64,000 nucleotides of DNA from Candidatus Micrarchaeota archaeon (GTDB lineage Archaea; Micrarchaeota; Micrarchaeia; Anstonellales; Bilamarchaeaceae), in NCBI GenBank assembly GCA_040757035.1, contig JBFLYM010000003.1, positions 1,079-65,078 on the forward strand. The letters run 5' to 3'. Positions 53,594 to 63,739 of the stretch are shown here, piece by piece; within the stretch, counting starts at the first letter, position 1, and each line of letters starts with the position of its first letter. The notes under the pieces are model-generated. The model made no database searches. It worked only from the letters and a program-made list of their open reading frames with translations, and had not been told where the DNA came from. Made by a program: the position numbers and the translations under genes.

Positions 53594-55564
53594 CTATTTT
53601 GACTCTATTTTGAAAGGCTCAAATGCCCTTCCTCCTCCATAAAAAAATTTAGAATAAAACTCAACTAAATTAAGTCGTCCGCCCTGCACTATACTTTCAA
53701 ACATTGCAAGAGCAGCATTGAAAATATGAATAAGAATAAAAATAGGTATTAATAAAATGCTTTTTTCTGGAACTGGAAGCAAGTTTTCATTAGCAATTTC
53801 TGCAATAATAACTCCAACTATTCCAACCGCTCCGATTCGTGTATATGATAGCACGTTTGACAGGAGTCCAGGAATTTCAAACAAGCCGGTCAATCCCTCT
53901 AAAAATACTATAATTGCTGCACTTGCAATAAATATTAGCATAGTAACATTTCCGGTATCTTTAGAGATAAGACTAAACATAAACGATGCAACTGTAATTG
54001 CTCCGCTGATAAGAACTATGAACCAGCATATTTTAGCAAACGCATGCTTTTTATCATGACCCCATGCATTTATTGCTCCAAGAACAAATCCTATGCTAAG
54101 TTGGGTAATGCCTACTAAAAGCGTGAGCCCTAAGATAAGGGCAAAATTATGACTTCTACTCAAGCCGGTATAAAGTGGATGCGTTATTCCTGAATCAAGT
54201 CCCCATTTACCCAACCATTCTATTAGCGCCAAATGCGAAAACCCAAACCATTCATCAAAAATAACACCAAAAATTATTGTTGCTATTGAAGAAAAAAACC
54301 ATATTTTAGCGATATTCCCAAGCATGCCGGTTTTGAATTTTTGTAGGATATAGGATGAAAGCAAAATGGAAATTAATCCATAACCAACATCCCCCATTAT
54401 CATACCATATATTATTGGTAAAGTGAAAAGCAGAAGAAAGGTTGGATCAAATTCGCTATATTTCGGAAGAGAATATAATTCCACAAGAAATTGAAATGGA
54501 GCAATTGATTTTGGATTGTCAAGAACGATTGGCGCATCATTCTCTTCCTCTCCTTTTACCATCTCCTTTTTAACTAATTCAACTTCGCCTGCAAAATCCG
54601 TTTCTATAAGCTTGACAAGCGAATCTCCATCACTTTTTTTTATCCAGCCTTTAAATGCGATTATTTTATTGCTATTTGCAAATTTTGTCGCGATTACGGC
54701 GCGCGCTGAAAGAACCGATAATTTTTCTTCAAGAATGACCAGTATCGGATAATATTTGTTTTTAAGTTCATTAAGTTTTTTTTCTGTTTCTGCTATGCGT
54801 CCTTTATTTGCAATAGTAGCTGTTTCAATATTTTTTATTTCATTTTTGGAACTGATAAATCCTGCGGGTAATTGAATTTTTTCAAAATTATATTTGGAGA
54901 ATATGGGTTCTATGCTTTCGTTTCTTTTGTAGAATATCAAGGCGATTTCAGTTTCTGCTTTTGCGGCTGCTTTTGTGGTTGCCTTTGGATAAGCGCATAT
55001 CATTTCAAATTCGTTATTGAGATTGCTATCAAGGTCTTTTTTGAATTGTTGGGTTGTATCCTTTTTTATGCTACCGATCGCAAAAGTAAAGTTTTTTGTT
55101 TCAAGTTTTGAGAAATCGATATTTTCAAAACCAGAAATTTTTAAGGTTGTTATTCTTGTTTTTTCTAATTCAGCGGCTTCTGCGATAAGCTCTGCGCGCG
55201 TATCAACGAGCTGCCTGAGTTCTTGATCTATACTTATTTCCGCGGCTTTAGCAAGTGCATTCGAATAATTTATTTCTTCAATAGAATTAATTGGCGTTAT
55301 TTTGCCGTTTGGTATATTTGTATTTCCTTTTTCGCTTCCTTTTTCACTAAAGAAAGGTTGGAGTATGCCTATTAATCCACGTATACGTACGAGTTCGCGT
55401 GAAACATCATCATAAATTTTCAGCGGCTTTCCTTTTTCAAGCCCGACCAATTCAAATTCGTTTATTTCTATTACACCTTTTTCGTGCAATGCAGAGATTA
55501 ACCTACTTTCCGAGTTTTTGGTTGAGACTATGATAATTTTTTCCATCGCGCACGGTTTAAACAT
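53594..55564 (-). CDS. atpI: A/V-type ATP synthase subunit I/a
   Basis: PKYSEFDPT, GMIMGDVGYG, SNVLSYTRI and RLNLVEFYSKFF. Confidence 0.93.
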   Translation of the reverse strand: MFKPCAMEKIIIVSTKNSESRLISALHEKGVIEINEFELVGLEKGKPLKIYDDVSRELVRIRGLIGILQPFFSEKGSEKGNTNIPNGKITPINSIEEINYSNALAKAAEISIDQELRQLVDTRAELIAEAAELEKTRITTLKISGFENIDFSKLETKNFTFAIGSIKKDTTQQFKKDLDSNLNNEFEMICAYPKATTKAAAKAETEIALIFYKRNESIEPIFSKYNFEKIQLPAGFISSKNEIKNIETATIANKGRIAETEKKLNELKNKYYPILVILEEKLSVLSARAVIATKFANSNKIIAFKGWIKKSDGDSLVKLIETDFAGEVELVKKEMVKGEEENDAPIVLDNPKSIAPFQFLVELYSLPKYSEFDPTFLLLFTLPIIYGMIMGDVGYGLISILLSSYILQKFKTGMLGNIAKIWFFSSIATIIFGVIFDEWFGFSHLALIEWLGKWGLDSGITHPLYTGLSRSHNFALILGLTLLVGITQLSIGFVLGAINAWGHDKKHAFAKICWFIVLISGAITVASFMFSLISKDTGNVTMLIFIASAAIIVFLEGLTGLFEIPGLLSNVLSYTRIGAVGIVGVIIAEIANENLLPVPEKSILLIPIFILIHIFNAALAMFESIVQGGRLNLVEFYSKFFYGGGRAFEPFKIESK

Positions 55565-55574
55565 ATTCTATCCT

Positions 55575-55934
55575 TTACCCCAGTGAAGACAAAAATAAAT
55601 CAAAAATCGCATCGGTGTTTTTTTTATCCATTTTTTTCGCGCGCAGAATATCCGCTTCTTTTTTTGAATCAGAAATTATTTTTTCTGCGAGTTTTTCGGT
55701 TCTCTCCCTTTCTGCAATAATAAATTTGTTTTTTGTATCCATTGCTTTTTTTTCATAAAATTCGCGCAGCTCAACACCTTTCTCTCTCCCGCATTTAAGA
55801 AGATCGGTAATCTTTTTATCATATTCTGTCTTTATCTTGTCTGATTCACACTCTACAGCGTGGATACTACCAACAAGTTCTTTAAATTCGTTATTTTTTT
55901 CTGAATGTCTTTCCGAATTTTTTTGTTTGTCCAT
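55575..55934 (-). CDS. Probable A-type ATP synthase subunit H
   Basis: Charged helical protein, first gene of the operon, upstream of atpI. Confidence 0.7.
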   Translation of the reverse strand: MDKQKNSERHSEKNNEFKELVGSIHAVECESDKIKTEYDKKITDLLKCGREKGVELREFYEKKAMDTKNKFIIAERERTEKLAEKIISDSKKEADILRAKKMDKKNTDAIFDLFLSSLG

Positions 55935-56186
55935 AAAGTCTCACTGAAGTATATCATTTATTTTGAATGAATCTAAGGCATCTTAAGGCATCTGGATAAA
56001 TCCTTTATAAACTCTCGCAATATTAATTTATAATATTAGTTTAGTTAATTTAGTTGATTTAGTTGATTAATTTAGTTAAATAACATAAAATATATAAATC
56101 TGGTCTGAAGCTCTGGTCTGAAGCCGCTTGGTTCGCTACAAACGATGCAAATATAAGAAAGCAAATATGCGAAATGAGGTACATCT

Positions 56187-56786
56187 ATGAAGAAAGGATT
56201 TTCTTACGCAATGATTCCAATAATGATTATTGCAGTAGTAATCATTGTTACAGGTTATTTTACGATATATCCCAAACAAATTTCTTCTTTTAATAGCCAG
56301 ACTTTCTCTAGTGAAGATGAATGCGAAAAACAAACAAAAAAAGATTGTTCTTATGTGACCTGCGATTATGTACCTGCTGGCAAAACATATGAAGAAGTAT
56401 GCGGAAGAGAATTTAAACCAGGCTGGGTTATAACACCAGAAACAGATAGAGAAAGGATGCAACTGTCAGATACAGCTGTTATGGAACAAAGCCGCGAACT
56501 CGCAAGGCAATTTGTACTTCAAGATGAAACATACATGTTTGATGGTGTACAAAACAGTCTTGAATTTGAGAAATATGGAACAATGACATGTATTAATTGT
56601 TGGATATTTGTGTTTAAATTCAATTGCGGGCACTCTGGGTATGGAAATCGCAACGGACAAATTCTTGCACAGGTTATAACGCCTCATACTGCATATATAT
56701 CAGTATCTAATGGAAAAATAATCTCAGCAATATTGGATAAAAAATGGGATATGATTACGGAAAGAACTACCCAGACATATGAATAA
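56187..56786 (+). CDS. Secreted or membrane-anchored Cys-containing hypothetical protein
   Basis: N-terminal TM helix, Cys-rich segment and C-terminal HSGYGNR...AQVITPH...KWDM. Confidence 0.75.
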   Translation: MKKGFSYAMIPIMIIAVVIIVTGYFTIYPKQISSFNSQTFSSEDECEKQTKKDCSYVTCDYVPAGKTYEEVCGREFKPGWVITPETDRERMQLSDTAVMEQSRELARQFVLQDETYMFDGVQNSLEFEKYGTMTCINCWIFVFKFNCGHSGYGNRNGQILAQVITPHTAYISVSNGKIISAILDKKWDMITERTTQTYE

Positions 56787-56829
56787 AAAGAGCGTATACA
56801 GAACCGATTAAATATATAGTTGTTTATCT

Positions 56830-57873
56830 ATGGTTGGCATACTCGGATATGGTGCATATATCCCATCATATAGAATAAAAATAGAAAAAATCGCAGAAGT
56901 TTGGGGTGAAGATCCGCACAGAATTACTAATGGATTGGGGATATTTGAAAAGGCGGTTCCTGCAATAGATGAAGATTCCGCAACAATTGCGGTTGAAGCG
57001 GCAAAGAACGCAATACGCCATGCCGGAATTGACGCGCAAAAATTGGGTGCGATTTATGTTGGAAGTGAGAGCAAGGTTTATGCAGTAAAACCAAACGCAA
57101 CCATAGTTGCTGAAGCGGTTGGCGCAGGTCCAAAAAATTTGACCGCAGCAGATCTTGAATTTGCGTGCAAAGCAGGAACGGCCGGAATTCAAATGCTTAT
57201 GGGTATGGTAAAATCAGAAATGATTGAAGCTGGAATGAGTATAGGTGCAGATACCGCACAGGGAAGACCAGGCGACGCATTGGAATATTCATCAGGTGCC
57301 GGAGGCGCAGCATTTATCATAGGAAATGATAAAGATAGCATCGCAATTATAGAAGACACATATTCGTTTACAACAGATACCCCTGATTTTTGGAGAAGAC
57401 CACACGCTGATTATCCGAGTCATGGAGGAAGATTCACCGGCTTACCTGCATATTTTAAGCATGTGGTAAATGCCACGCAAGGAATTCTTGAGAAATTAGG
57501 AAGAACGCAGGCTGATTATGATTATGTTGTATTTCATCAACCAAACGCAAAATTTCCGCTTGAAGTTGCAAAGAAAATGGAAATTCCTTCTGAAAAATTA
57601 AAACTCGGATTACTTACACCTATAATTGGAAACACATATTCTGGCGCATCAATGCTCGGTCTTGCCAATATACTTGATAACGCAAAACCTGGTGAGAGAA
57701 TACTTATGACTTCTTTCGGAAGTGGAGCTGGAAGCGATTCTTTTTCTATAAAAGTCAGCAATAAAGTTGATGAAAAAAGAGCGCGAATAACAAAAGTAGT
57801 TGATTATATTGCTAATAAGAAATATATAGAATATGCAACTTATCTAAAACATAGAAGAAAATTAAAAATGTAA
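56830..57873 (+). CDS. Hydroxymethylglutaryl-CoA synthase (archaeal)
   Basis: [27 protein letters not shown] and GNTYSG. Confidence 0.93.
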   Translation: MVGILGYGAYIPSYRIKIEKIAEVWGEDPHRITNGLGIFEKAVPAIDEDSATIAVEAAKNAIRHAGIDAQKLGAIYVGSESKVYAVKPNATIVAEAVGAGPKNLTAADLEFACKAGTAGIQMLMGMVKSEMIEAGMSIGADTAQGRPGDALEYSSGAGGAAFIIGNDKDSIAIIEDTYSFTTDTPDFWRRPHADYPSHGGRFTGLPAYFKHVVNATQGILEKLGRTQADYDYVVFHQPNAKFPLEVAKKMEIPSEKLKLGLLTPIIGNTYSGASMLGLANILDNAKPGERILMTSFGSGAGSDSFSIKVSNKVDEKRARITKVVDYIANKKYIEYATYLKHRRKLKM

Positions 57874-57946
57874 TTTACAATGTAAGTTAGAATATAATTT
57901 AAAATGTAATTTAAAAATGTAATGAAAATGTAATAGGTGGTTATTT

Positions 57947-58096
57947 ATGTCAAGCACCCTAACAACTTCAATAACTTCAACAACCCCAATGAAATTTGTA
58001 ATTGTAAAAAGCTATCCTGAATCTAGATATTACGAGATAAAAAAAAGAAACACCGGATTAATTTCATTATTTCTTGAAAAAATTGGATTGAAATAA
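57947..58096 (+). CDS. Small 49-aa ORF (not in the ORF track)
   Basis: AGGTGG ribosome-binding site; MSSTLTTSITSTTPMKFVIVKSYPESRYYEIKKRNTGLISLFLEKIGLK; stop 3 bp before purD. Confidence 0.5.
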   Translation: MSSTLTTSITSTTPMKFVIVKSYPESRYYEIKKRNTGLISLFLEKIGLK

Positions 58097-58099
58097 ATC

Positions 58100-59413
58100 A
58101 TGGGTGATTTTGTGAAGATTTTGCTTGTTGGAAATGGAGCAAGAGAGCATATTATTGCAGAACAAATTGCCCGCAGCGCAGAACTTTATGCAATAATGAG
58201 CAAAAAAAACCCAGGTATAGCGAAACTCGCGCAGAAATATTATCTTACCAATATTACAAATCCTGAAGCGGTTGGCTTGTGGGCGATAAAGGAGGATATA
58301 GATCTCGCATTTATAAGTCCTGATGCTGTTTTAGCGGCGGGAATGAGCGATGCGCTGGAAAACGCGGATATTCCAATCGCTTCGCCAGTAAAGGCAGCTG
58401 CGAAAATAGAATGGGATAAATCCTATGCGCGCAATCTGATGAAAAAATACAGTATAAGCGGTTCGCCGAATTTTGAATTGGTGAAAACTAAAAAAGACGC
58501 AATACGCGTAATTAAAGATTTTTGCGAAGTGGCGGTCAAACCAATTGGACTTAGTGGCGGCAAAGGAGTAAAGGTTTCATGCGATCATCTCAAAAATACC
58601 GAAGAAGCGATAGCCTATGCGTGCGAGCTCCTAAAAAAAGACAAACAAGTGCTTATTGAAGAAAAAATAATTGGTGAGGAATTTTCATTACAACTTTTTT
58701 CGGATGGTAAAAGAATATCGCTCATGCCTCCTGTTCAGGATCACAAACGCGCGTATAATAACGATTGCGGGCCAAATACTGGCGGAATGGGTTCTTATAG
58801 CACTGGCAGGCTTCTTCCGTTTATGCATCAGAATGATATAGAGCAAGGAAGATCAATTTCGCAGACAATTATTGATGCGTTGAGAAAAGAAGATGCGCAA
58901 TTCAAAGGCGTGCTTTATACTCAGCTTATGTGCACGCGCGATGGTGTAAAACTAATAGAGTTTAATTCGCGTTTTGGCGATCCGGAAGCAATAAATGTTC
59001 TCTCGCTTTTAAAAACCCAATTTGTTGAGATTTTACAATCCATTGCAGATGAAAATCTTTGCCGCACCAGTTTCTCTGAGAATGCAACAGTGGTTAAATA
59101 TCTTGTTCCAACTGGATATCCTGATAATCCGATTCAGAATAGCGAAATTTTTATTGATGAGAAAAAAATATGGGATTGCGGTGCAAAATACTATCACGCA
59201 TCTGTTTATGAAGACAAAGGAAAAATTTATACTACGAATTCGCGTGCGATCGCAGTTGTAGGAACGAACAATTCGCTAGAAAATGCTGAGGAAAAAGCAG
59301 AAGAAGCGATACGGTATGTACGCGGTCAGCTTTGGCACAGAAAAGATGTTGGAACTTATTCTTTGGTACAAAGGCGGATTGAAAACATGAGAAAATTGCG
59401 GCAGGGTATATAA
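58100..59413 (+). CDS. purD: Phosphoribosylamine--glycine ligase
   Basis: GNGAREH, GGKGV, QDHKR, GPNTGGMG and EFNSRFGDPE. Confidence 0.95.
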   Translation: MGDFVKILLVGNGAREHIIAEQIARSAELYAIMSKKNPGIAKLAQKYYLTNITNPEAVGLWAIKEDIDLAFISPDAVLAAGMSDALENADIPIASPVKAAAKIEWDKSYARNLMKKYSISGSPNFELVKTKKDAIRVIKDFCEVAVKPIGLSGGKGVKVSCDHLKNTEEAIAYACELLKKDKQVLIEEKIIGEEFSLQLFSDGKRISLMPPVQDHKRAYNNDCGPNTGGMGSYSTGRLLPFMHQNDIEQGRSISQTIIDALRKEDAQFKGVLYTQLMCTRDGVKLIEFNSRFGDPEAINVLSLLKTQFVEILQSIADENLCRTSFSENATVVKYLVPTGYPDNPIQNSEIFIDEKKIWDCGAKYYHASVYEDKGKIYTTNSRAIAVVGTNNSLENAEEKAEEAIRYVRGQLWHRKDVGTYSLVQRRIENMRKLRQGI

Positions 59414-59434
59414 CTTTTGGTTTGCTGAAAATAA

Positions 59435-59794
59435 TTAAATTTTACCCTTGTGGTTTGAAAAAATCTTATTCTTATCAGGTAGGAGTAGGTATGTTGCGTA
59501 AACAGTAGCGTCACTGCTTTTATTGTTTATGTGTATGGGTAACAAACTCAAAATCCTTTGTCTTTCATTTTTAGTGAAGTCAGGTGCGAACTTAATAACA
59601 ACGTTGTATTTTTTTGAACCTATAATAGATTTAATATGCTCTTTAACAGTTTGAATAAGTTTATGTAATCCACCACCAGAAAAACAACGTGTAGAACCGT
59701 TATGTGTTACTGTTATTTCTGAGTGATTTTTTATGTTCATCGTTATACCGTTAAATGATGTATTAAACATATGTTTTCTGCTCAACTTCCTCAC
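59435..59794 (-). CDS. Hypothetical protein
   Basis: Open ORF with no motif; start uncertain. Confidence 0.4.
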   Translation of the reverse strand: MRKLSRKHMFNTSFNGITMNIKNHSEITVTHNGSTRCFSGGGLHKLIQTVKEHIKSIIGSKKYNVVIKFAPDFTKNERQRILSLLPIHINNKSSDATVYATYLLLPDKNKIFSNHKGKI

Positions 59795-59898
59795 CTCTAA
59801 ACTTTTAGCGTAGTAATATGTATAGATTAATGTATATACACATTTATAAATATATTTCCAACAAAATAACTCAACCCAGTTTTTGGTTCGTAAAAATA

Positions 59899-60915
59899 TT
59901 ATTGAACCAATGGCAGTTCAATAACAAAATTTATCTTATTAATCTCATTATTGGTTGTAATTGAAGCCTCTATTTTTCCCTTATGCTTTTCAATTATTTC
60001 TTTTATTATATGAAGCCCTAACCCACTGCCTTCAAATCCTACAGTATTTTGACCTACCCTAAACCCACACTTAAAAATTTCTTCTAAGTTATTACTTAGA
60101 CGTAATTCATCTGCCGTCTCTTCTGTAATAGAATTCGTGAAGATTAGTTGTGCATTCTCATCGGTTTTTCTGAGAAAAATTTCTATTTTTCCGTCCTTTG
60201 AAATGTATTTAACCGCATTGGTAATTAATTCAGCAATAACTTCAGTGCGGATTTTACCCCAGTCTGCTTTAATAAACACTTTGTCTCGAGGTATATTCGT
60301 GAAAACCGTTATAATGTCTTTCTCCATTTCTTTTGCTAATGCTTTAATCTCGCTCTCAATCTCATCTTTTAATCCTTCCAAACATTTCTGAAGATTTATC
60401 TTTTTCAAGCGTAATGGTGTTGGATGCTTAAGACTATCAGGTGTGATTTCCGAGATATGCTCAGCTATTTCAGTTGTTTGTGTTAGGATCATAACATCGA
60501 CGAATTCTCTAATATCATTAATACTCATTGTTTCAACATCGTTCACTGAAAGGTTTTGCAATTCTAATTCATGTGCTTTGATTGTCGTAATAATAGAGTT
60601 TATTTCTGTTTTCCATTCCTCTAGCGCATGAACGTCTTTATATTTTTGTTGCAAGGATTGTATTTTGTTGTGAACCTCTTTGAGAATCTGAATTTTGTCA
60701 TTCTTCTCGCCGTTCTTCAGATCATTAATTATCAACTGTAAAGCACCATCTAACGATGTAAGTTCGTTATGAATCGTATGCCTTTTATCAGCAAAGTTTT
60801 CTTGAAGTTCAGACCGAAAATTCATCGGGCCTTCAATTTTCGGACTAGGTAGGTCTTTTTGCGATTTTGGATTACATTCTAATAAGTTTGTTTTATTAGA
60901 TTCTTTATAAATCAT
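59899..60915 (-). CDS. Soluble histidine-kinase-like protein (HATPase_c)
   Basis: H-box-like HTIHNELTSL, N box ELITNAVKY and G2 box GSGLGL; G1 box degenerate. Confidence 0.75.
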   Translation of the reverse strand: MIYKESNKTNLLECNPKSQKDLPSPKIEGPMNFRSELQENFADKRHTIHNELTSLDGALQLIINDLKNGEKNDKIQILKEVHNKIQSLQQKYKDVHALEEWKTEINSIITTIKAHELELQNLSVNDVETMSINDIREFVDVMILTQTTEIAEHISEITPDSLKHPTPLRLKKINLQKCLEGLKDEIESEIKALAKEMEKDIITVFTNIPRDKVFIKADWGKIRTEVIAELITNAVKYISKDGKIEIFLRKTDENAQLIFTNSITEETADELRLSNNLEEIFKCGFRVGQNTVGFEGSGLGLHIIKEIIEKHKGKIEASITTNNEINKINFVIELPLVQ

Positions 60916-60970
60916 GGATAATTATGGATGATGAAATTTATAAATATAACTGTTGATTAGCCGTGGAAAA

Positions 60971-61513
60971 TTAGCTCGCTTTATCTATATTTATTATCTT
61001 ATTTTTTTCATTTGGTTCTATTTTTAATCTTCCGTTGAACTTTTTAGAAAAAGCGCGTTTAAGTTCGCTTCCGCTTAATAATCGGTCAAGCATTATCGCA
61101 AGCGCAGCAACCTCACTGTGCGGCTGATTTGTTATTGAGATATTAAAATCAGCAACATCGTAGAACTCGCGCGGTACTTGTCCAGCGCCAACCATTATCA
61201 AAACCTTTGCGCATTTTTTTATTTCGCGAATCTTTTCTGGCAATGGAATGCCATACATAGTAAGGTGAATCAAACAATAACCTTTTTTTCGGTATTCTTT
61301 CGCGATTTTAAGCGGAATTGTTGTATATGTTACCAAAAATTTAGCGCCCCAATTTTCTGCTATTTTTTTTAGACCGCGCTCAAAACCAGAATCGTGTTGC
61401 CCTGAATAGATTATTTCATTCGCTCCAAACGCACGCGAAACAAGTCCGACATGCGTAGTTATTCGCTCATCGCGCGGAAGCCTATGCCCTAATCTTAGTA
61501 CCGAAATTTTCAC
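60971..61513 (-). CDS. trm56: tRNA (cytidine56-2'-O)-methyltransferase aTrm56
   Basis: LRLGHR..RDERITTHV, HLTMYG and NQPHSEVAALA. Confidence 0.95.
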   Translation of the reverse strand: MKISVLRLGHRLPRDERITTHVGLVSRAFGANEIIYSGQHDSGFERGLKKIAENWGAKFLVTYTTIPLKIAKEYRKKGYCLIHLTMYGIPLPEKIREIKKCAKVLIMVGAGQVPREFYDVADFNISITNQPHSEVAALAIMLDRLLSGSELKRAFSKKFNGRLKIEPNEKNKIINIDKAS

Positions 61514-61563
61514 AAAACCATCGCACTATTATATATTTGTTATTTTAGAATCCCAACCATCTT

Positions 61564-61635
61564 TCATATTTTTATTGCTGGTGCCAAACAATCAAAAAAC
61601 TCCTTCCATTGTTCGTCAAACTCTGGTTTGTACAT
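61564..61635 (-). pseudogene. Truncated RelE/ParE-like toxin remnant (23 aa)
   Basis: MYKPEFDEQWKEFFDCLAPAIKI*, starting 4 bp after the stop of an antitoxin-like gene. Confidence 0.55.
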
Positions 61636-61639
61636 GCAA

Positions 61640-61912
61640 TTACTCTAAATATTTGGCGTACTTGTCCAGCGCCTGTTTCGTAGTGAGCACCTTTCTCTTT
61701 CCTTCGCGTATGTCCTCGTCAATCTGTTCCATCTTCTTTACCGCAAGCTCATCCAAAAGCTCTTCGCGAGATTTTACAACTTGGTATTCTTTCCCCAATT
61801 CAAGAATGCCAGCACGAACCGCTTCAGCTTTTGTCTTGAAAAAACCCGCCTCAACAAGTCGCCTCAGAGTTTCTTCTACAGAACCATCCAAATGTACGAG
61901 TATATCGCTCAT
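61640..61912 (-). CDS. RHH antitoxin-like protein
   Basis: LRRLVEAGFFKTKAEAVRAG RHH pattern; C-terminal DIREGK; AGGTGA ribosome-binding site. Confidence 0.72.
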   Translation of the reverse strand: MSDILVHLDGSVEETLRRLVEAGFFKTKAEAVRAGILELGKEYQVVKSREELLDELAVKKMEQIDEDIREGKRKVLTTKQALDKYAKYLE

Positions 61913-61936
61913 TCGATCACCTGATAAAGATATATA

Positions 61937-62536
61937 TCAAATTCGTTTTATCGCAATTATTCCGTTTGCGGTTCTTATAAATTGATACCCTACTCCGAGA
62001 TATACTCTTTCTATTTTATTCCCTCTATCTCTAATCATGTCTTCTAAATTTCCCTGCGGCCAGTCAGGACTTATATATGCAACAGCGTAAACATAGTTGC
62101 TTGCTTTTCCGCATTTCTCCCGTTCATCAACAAGCATTTCTCTTATTTCTCTCCCTTCATACATAAGAAGCAGTGCGACATCTTCTAGATAAATTGCATT
62201 TGGTTCTCCATTAACAATATCTCCATTCTTCTCATCATAAAAAACCGGCCATCCGAATCCAACTCCGACAAGCATTCTTTCAACATAAGCTCCGTAGCTC
62301 ATGCCTAATTTCAGTATGTCGGTAATTTGCTGCTTGCTTATTTCCCAGAGAGTTTTGCGCATCAGTGTATAAACATCATCAAGTTCTGCTAAACTAAGTT
62401 TTTTTATTTCAACGTTTTCCAAATCGCTAAAAAGTCCTAGTTTTTTTGGTTTGTCCATCTCTGATTTGCTGCTTGCCAAAATTTCCTTTTTTTCATCAAA
62501 GATTTTTTCTTTAAACGCATTTGGCGTAACAACCAT
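61937..62536 (-). CDS. GNAT-fold-like hypothetical protein
   Basis: AIYLEDVALLLMYEGREI (degenerate motif A) and Y...GY near the C-terminus. Confidence 0.55.
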   Translation of the reverse strand: MVVTPNAFKEKIFDEKKEILASSKSEMDKPKKLGLFSDLENVEIKKLSLAELDDVYTLMRKTLWEISKQQITDILKLGMSYGAYVERMLVGVGFGWPVFYDEKNGDIVNGEPNAIYLEDVALLLMYEGREIREMLVDEREKCGKASNYVYAVAYISPDWPQGNLEDMIRDRGNKIERVYLGVGYQFIRTANGIIAIKRI

Positions 62537-62640
62537 ATCTAACCAAAAGATTAAGATATATGTAGATTTTTAAACCCTTGCAGTTTTACTATACATACTT
62601 TATTGGTTTGCTATATTCCTATTAAAGTCTAATAAAACTG

Positions 62641-63072
62641 GTGATACAATTGATAAAAGGAATTGTAATAATTTCAAAAGATAAAATTGGTCTTCTTGCG
62701 GATATTTCATACATATTTGCAAAAGAAAAAATAAATATAGAACAAATAGATGCAAATTTAGTAGATAACACCGCAATTATTATGCTAGGTGTGGAAAGCA
62801 CAAAATATAAAAAAGCAAAGGCCGCACTTATAAGGAACAAATATCATATACTCGCAGAGAAGTCCTTTGTAGTAAAGCTTGAAGATACTCCTGGATCTTT
62901 CTCTAAATTGACAAAAAAGCTCGCTGACGCAAAAATAAACATCCTTAATGTTCATGTAATTGGAAAAGAAGGTAAATATGTTTATGATTCAATCACTGTA
63001 AACAAACCTAAAGACGCAAAAGATATACTCCGCGATGAGCTAGTAGAAGAACTAATAGAAGAAGCTGAATAA
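62641..63072 (+). CDS. Double ACT-domain protein
   Basis: DKIGLLADIS..INI and DTPGSF..LADAKINI. Confidence 0.85.
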   Translation: MIQLIKGIVIISKDKIGLLADISYIFAKEKINIEQIDANLVDNTAIIMLGVESTKYKKAKAALIRNKYHILAEKSFVVKLEDTPGSFSKLTKKLADAKINILNVHVIGKEGKYVYDSITVNKPKDAKDILRDELVEELIEEAE

Positions 63073-63079
63073 TGAAAAA

Positions 63080-63739
63080 ATGAAACTTGACCTTCATATG
63101 CATACTTGGTATTCTCTTGATTCATTCAATGGATTAGAAGAAATAATAAAAAAAACTCGCGAACTTGGGATTATACCGGCAATAACAGATCACAACAATA
63201 TCAACGCGCATGCGCATTTCAAAAAAATAGATAAAGAATTTAATTTTATTCCTGGTGAAGAAATAACAACCAATGAAGGCGAGATTATTGGGCTTTATTT
63301 GAATGAAGCGATAAAAAAAGGCACGCGGTTTTTAGAAACTATTGATCTAATAAAGGAGCAAGGCGGATTGACTTATCTTCCGCATATGTACGATAATAGG
63401 GGATACGGAGTTTCAAATTTAGAACTTGCTAAAAAAGTTGATATAATAGAGGTGTACAATCCAAGATGCCTTTGTTCCGCGCATAATCAAAAAGCAATGC
63501 AATTTGCCGCAGAAAACAAAAAATATTGCGGCGCTGGCTCGGATTCGCACTTTATCTTTGAAATAGGAAATGCATATGTTGAACTGTATAATGAGAATAT
63601 TCTGGATAGCGATATAAGCGAACCAAAAGGATTATTGAAGGCATTGAAAAGCGGTAAAATAATTTCGCGGAAACTAATACTAAATAGCCGTGGAATATCT
63701 AGAATAGCAAGATTCGTGAGGAAATTTTTTCTTTATTAG
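63080..63739 (+). CDS. PHP-domain phosphoesterase
   Basis: DLHMHT.YS.D, AITDHN, PGEEI, LPH and GSDSH. Confidence 0.92.
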   Translation: MKLDLHMHTWYSLDSFNGLEEIIKKTRELGIIPAITDHNNINAHAHFKKIDKEFNFIPGEEITTNEGEIIGLYLNEAIKKGTRFLETIDLIKEQGGLTYLPHMYDNRGYGVSNLELAKKVDIIEVYNPRCLCSAHNQKAMQFAAENKKYCGAGSDSHFIFEIGNAYVELYNENILDSDISEPKGLLKALKSGKIISRKLILNSRGISRIARFVRKFFLY

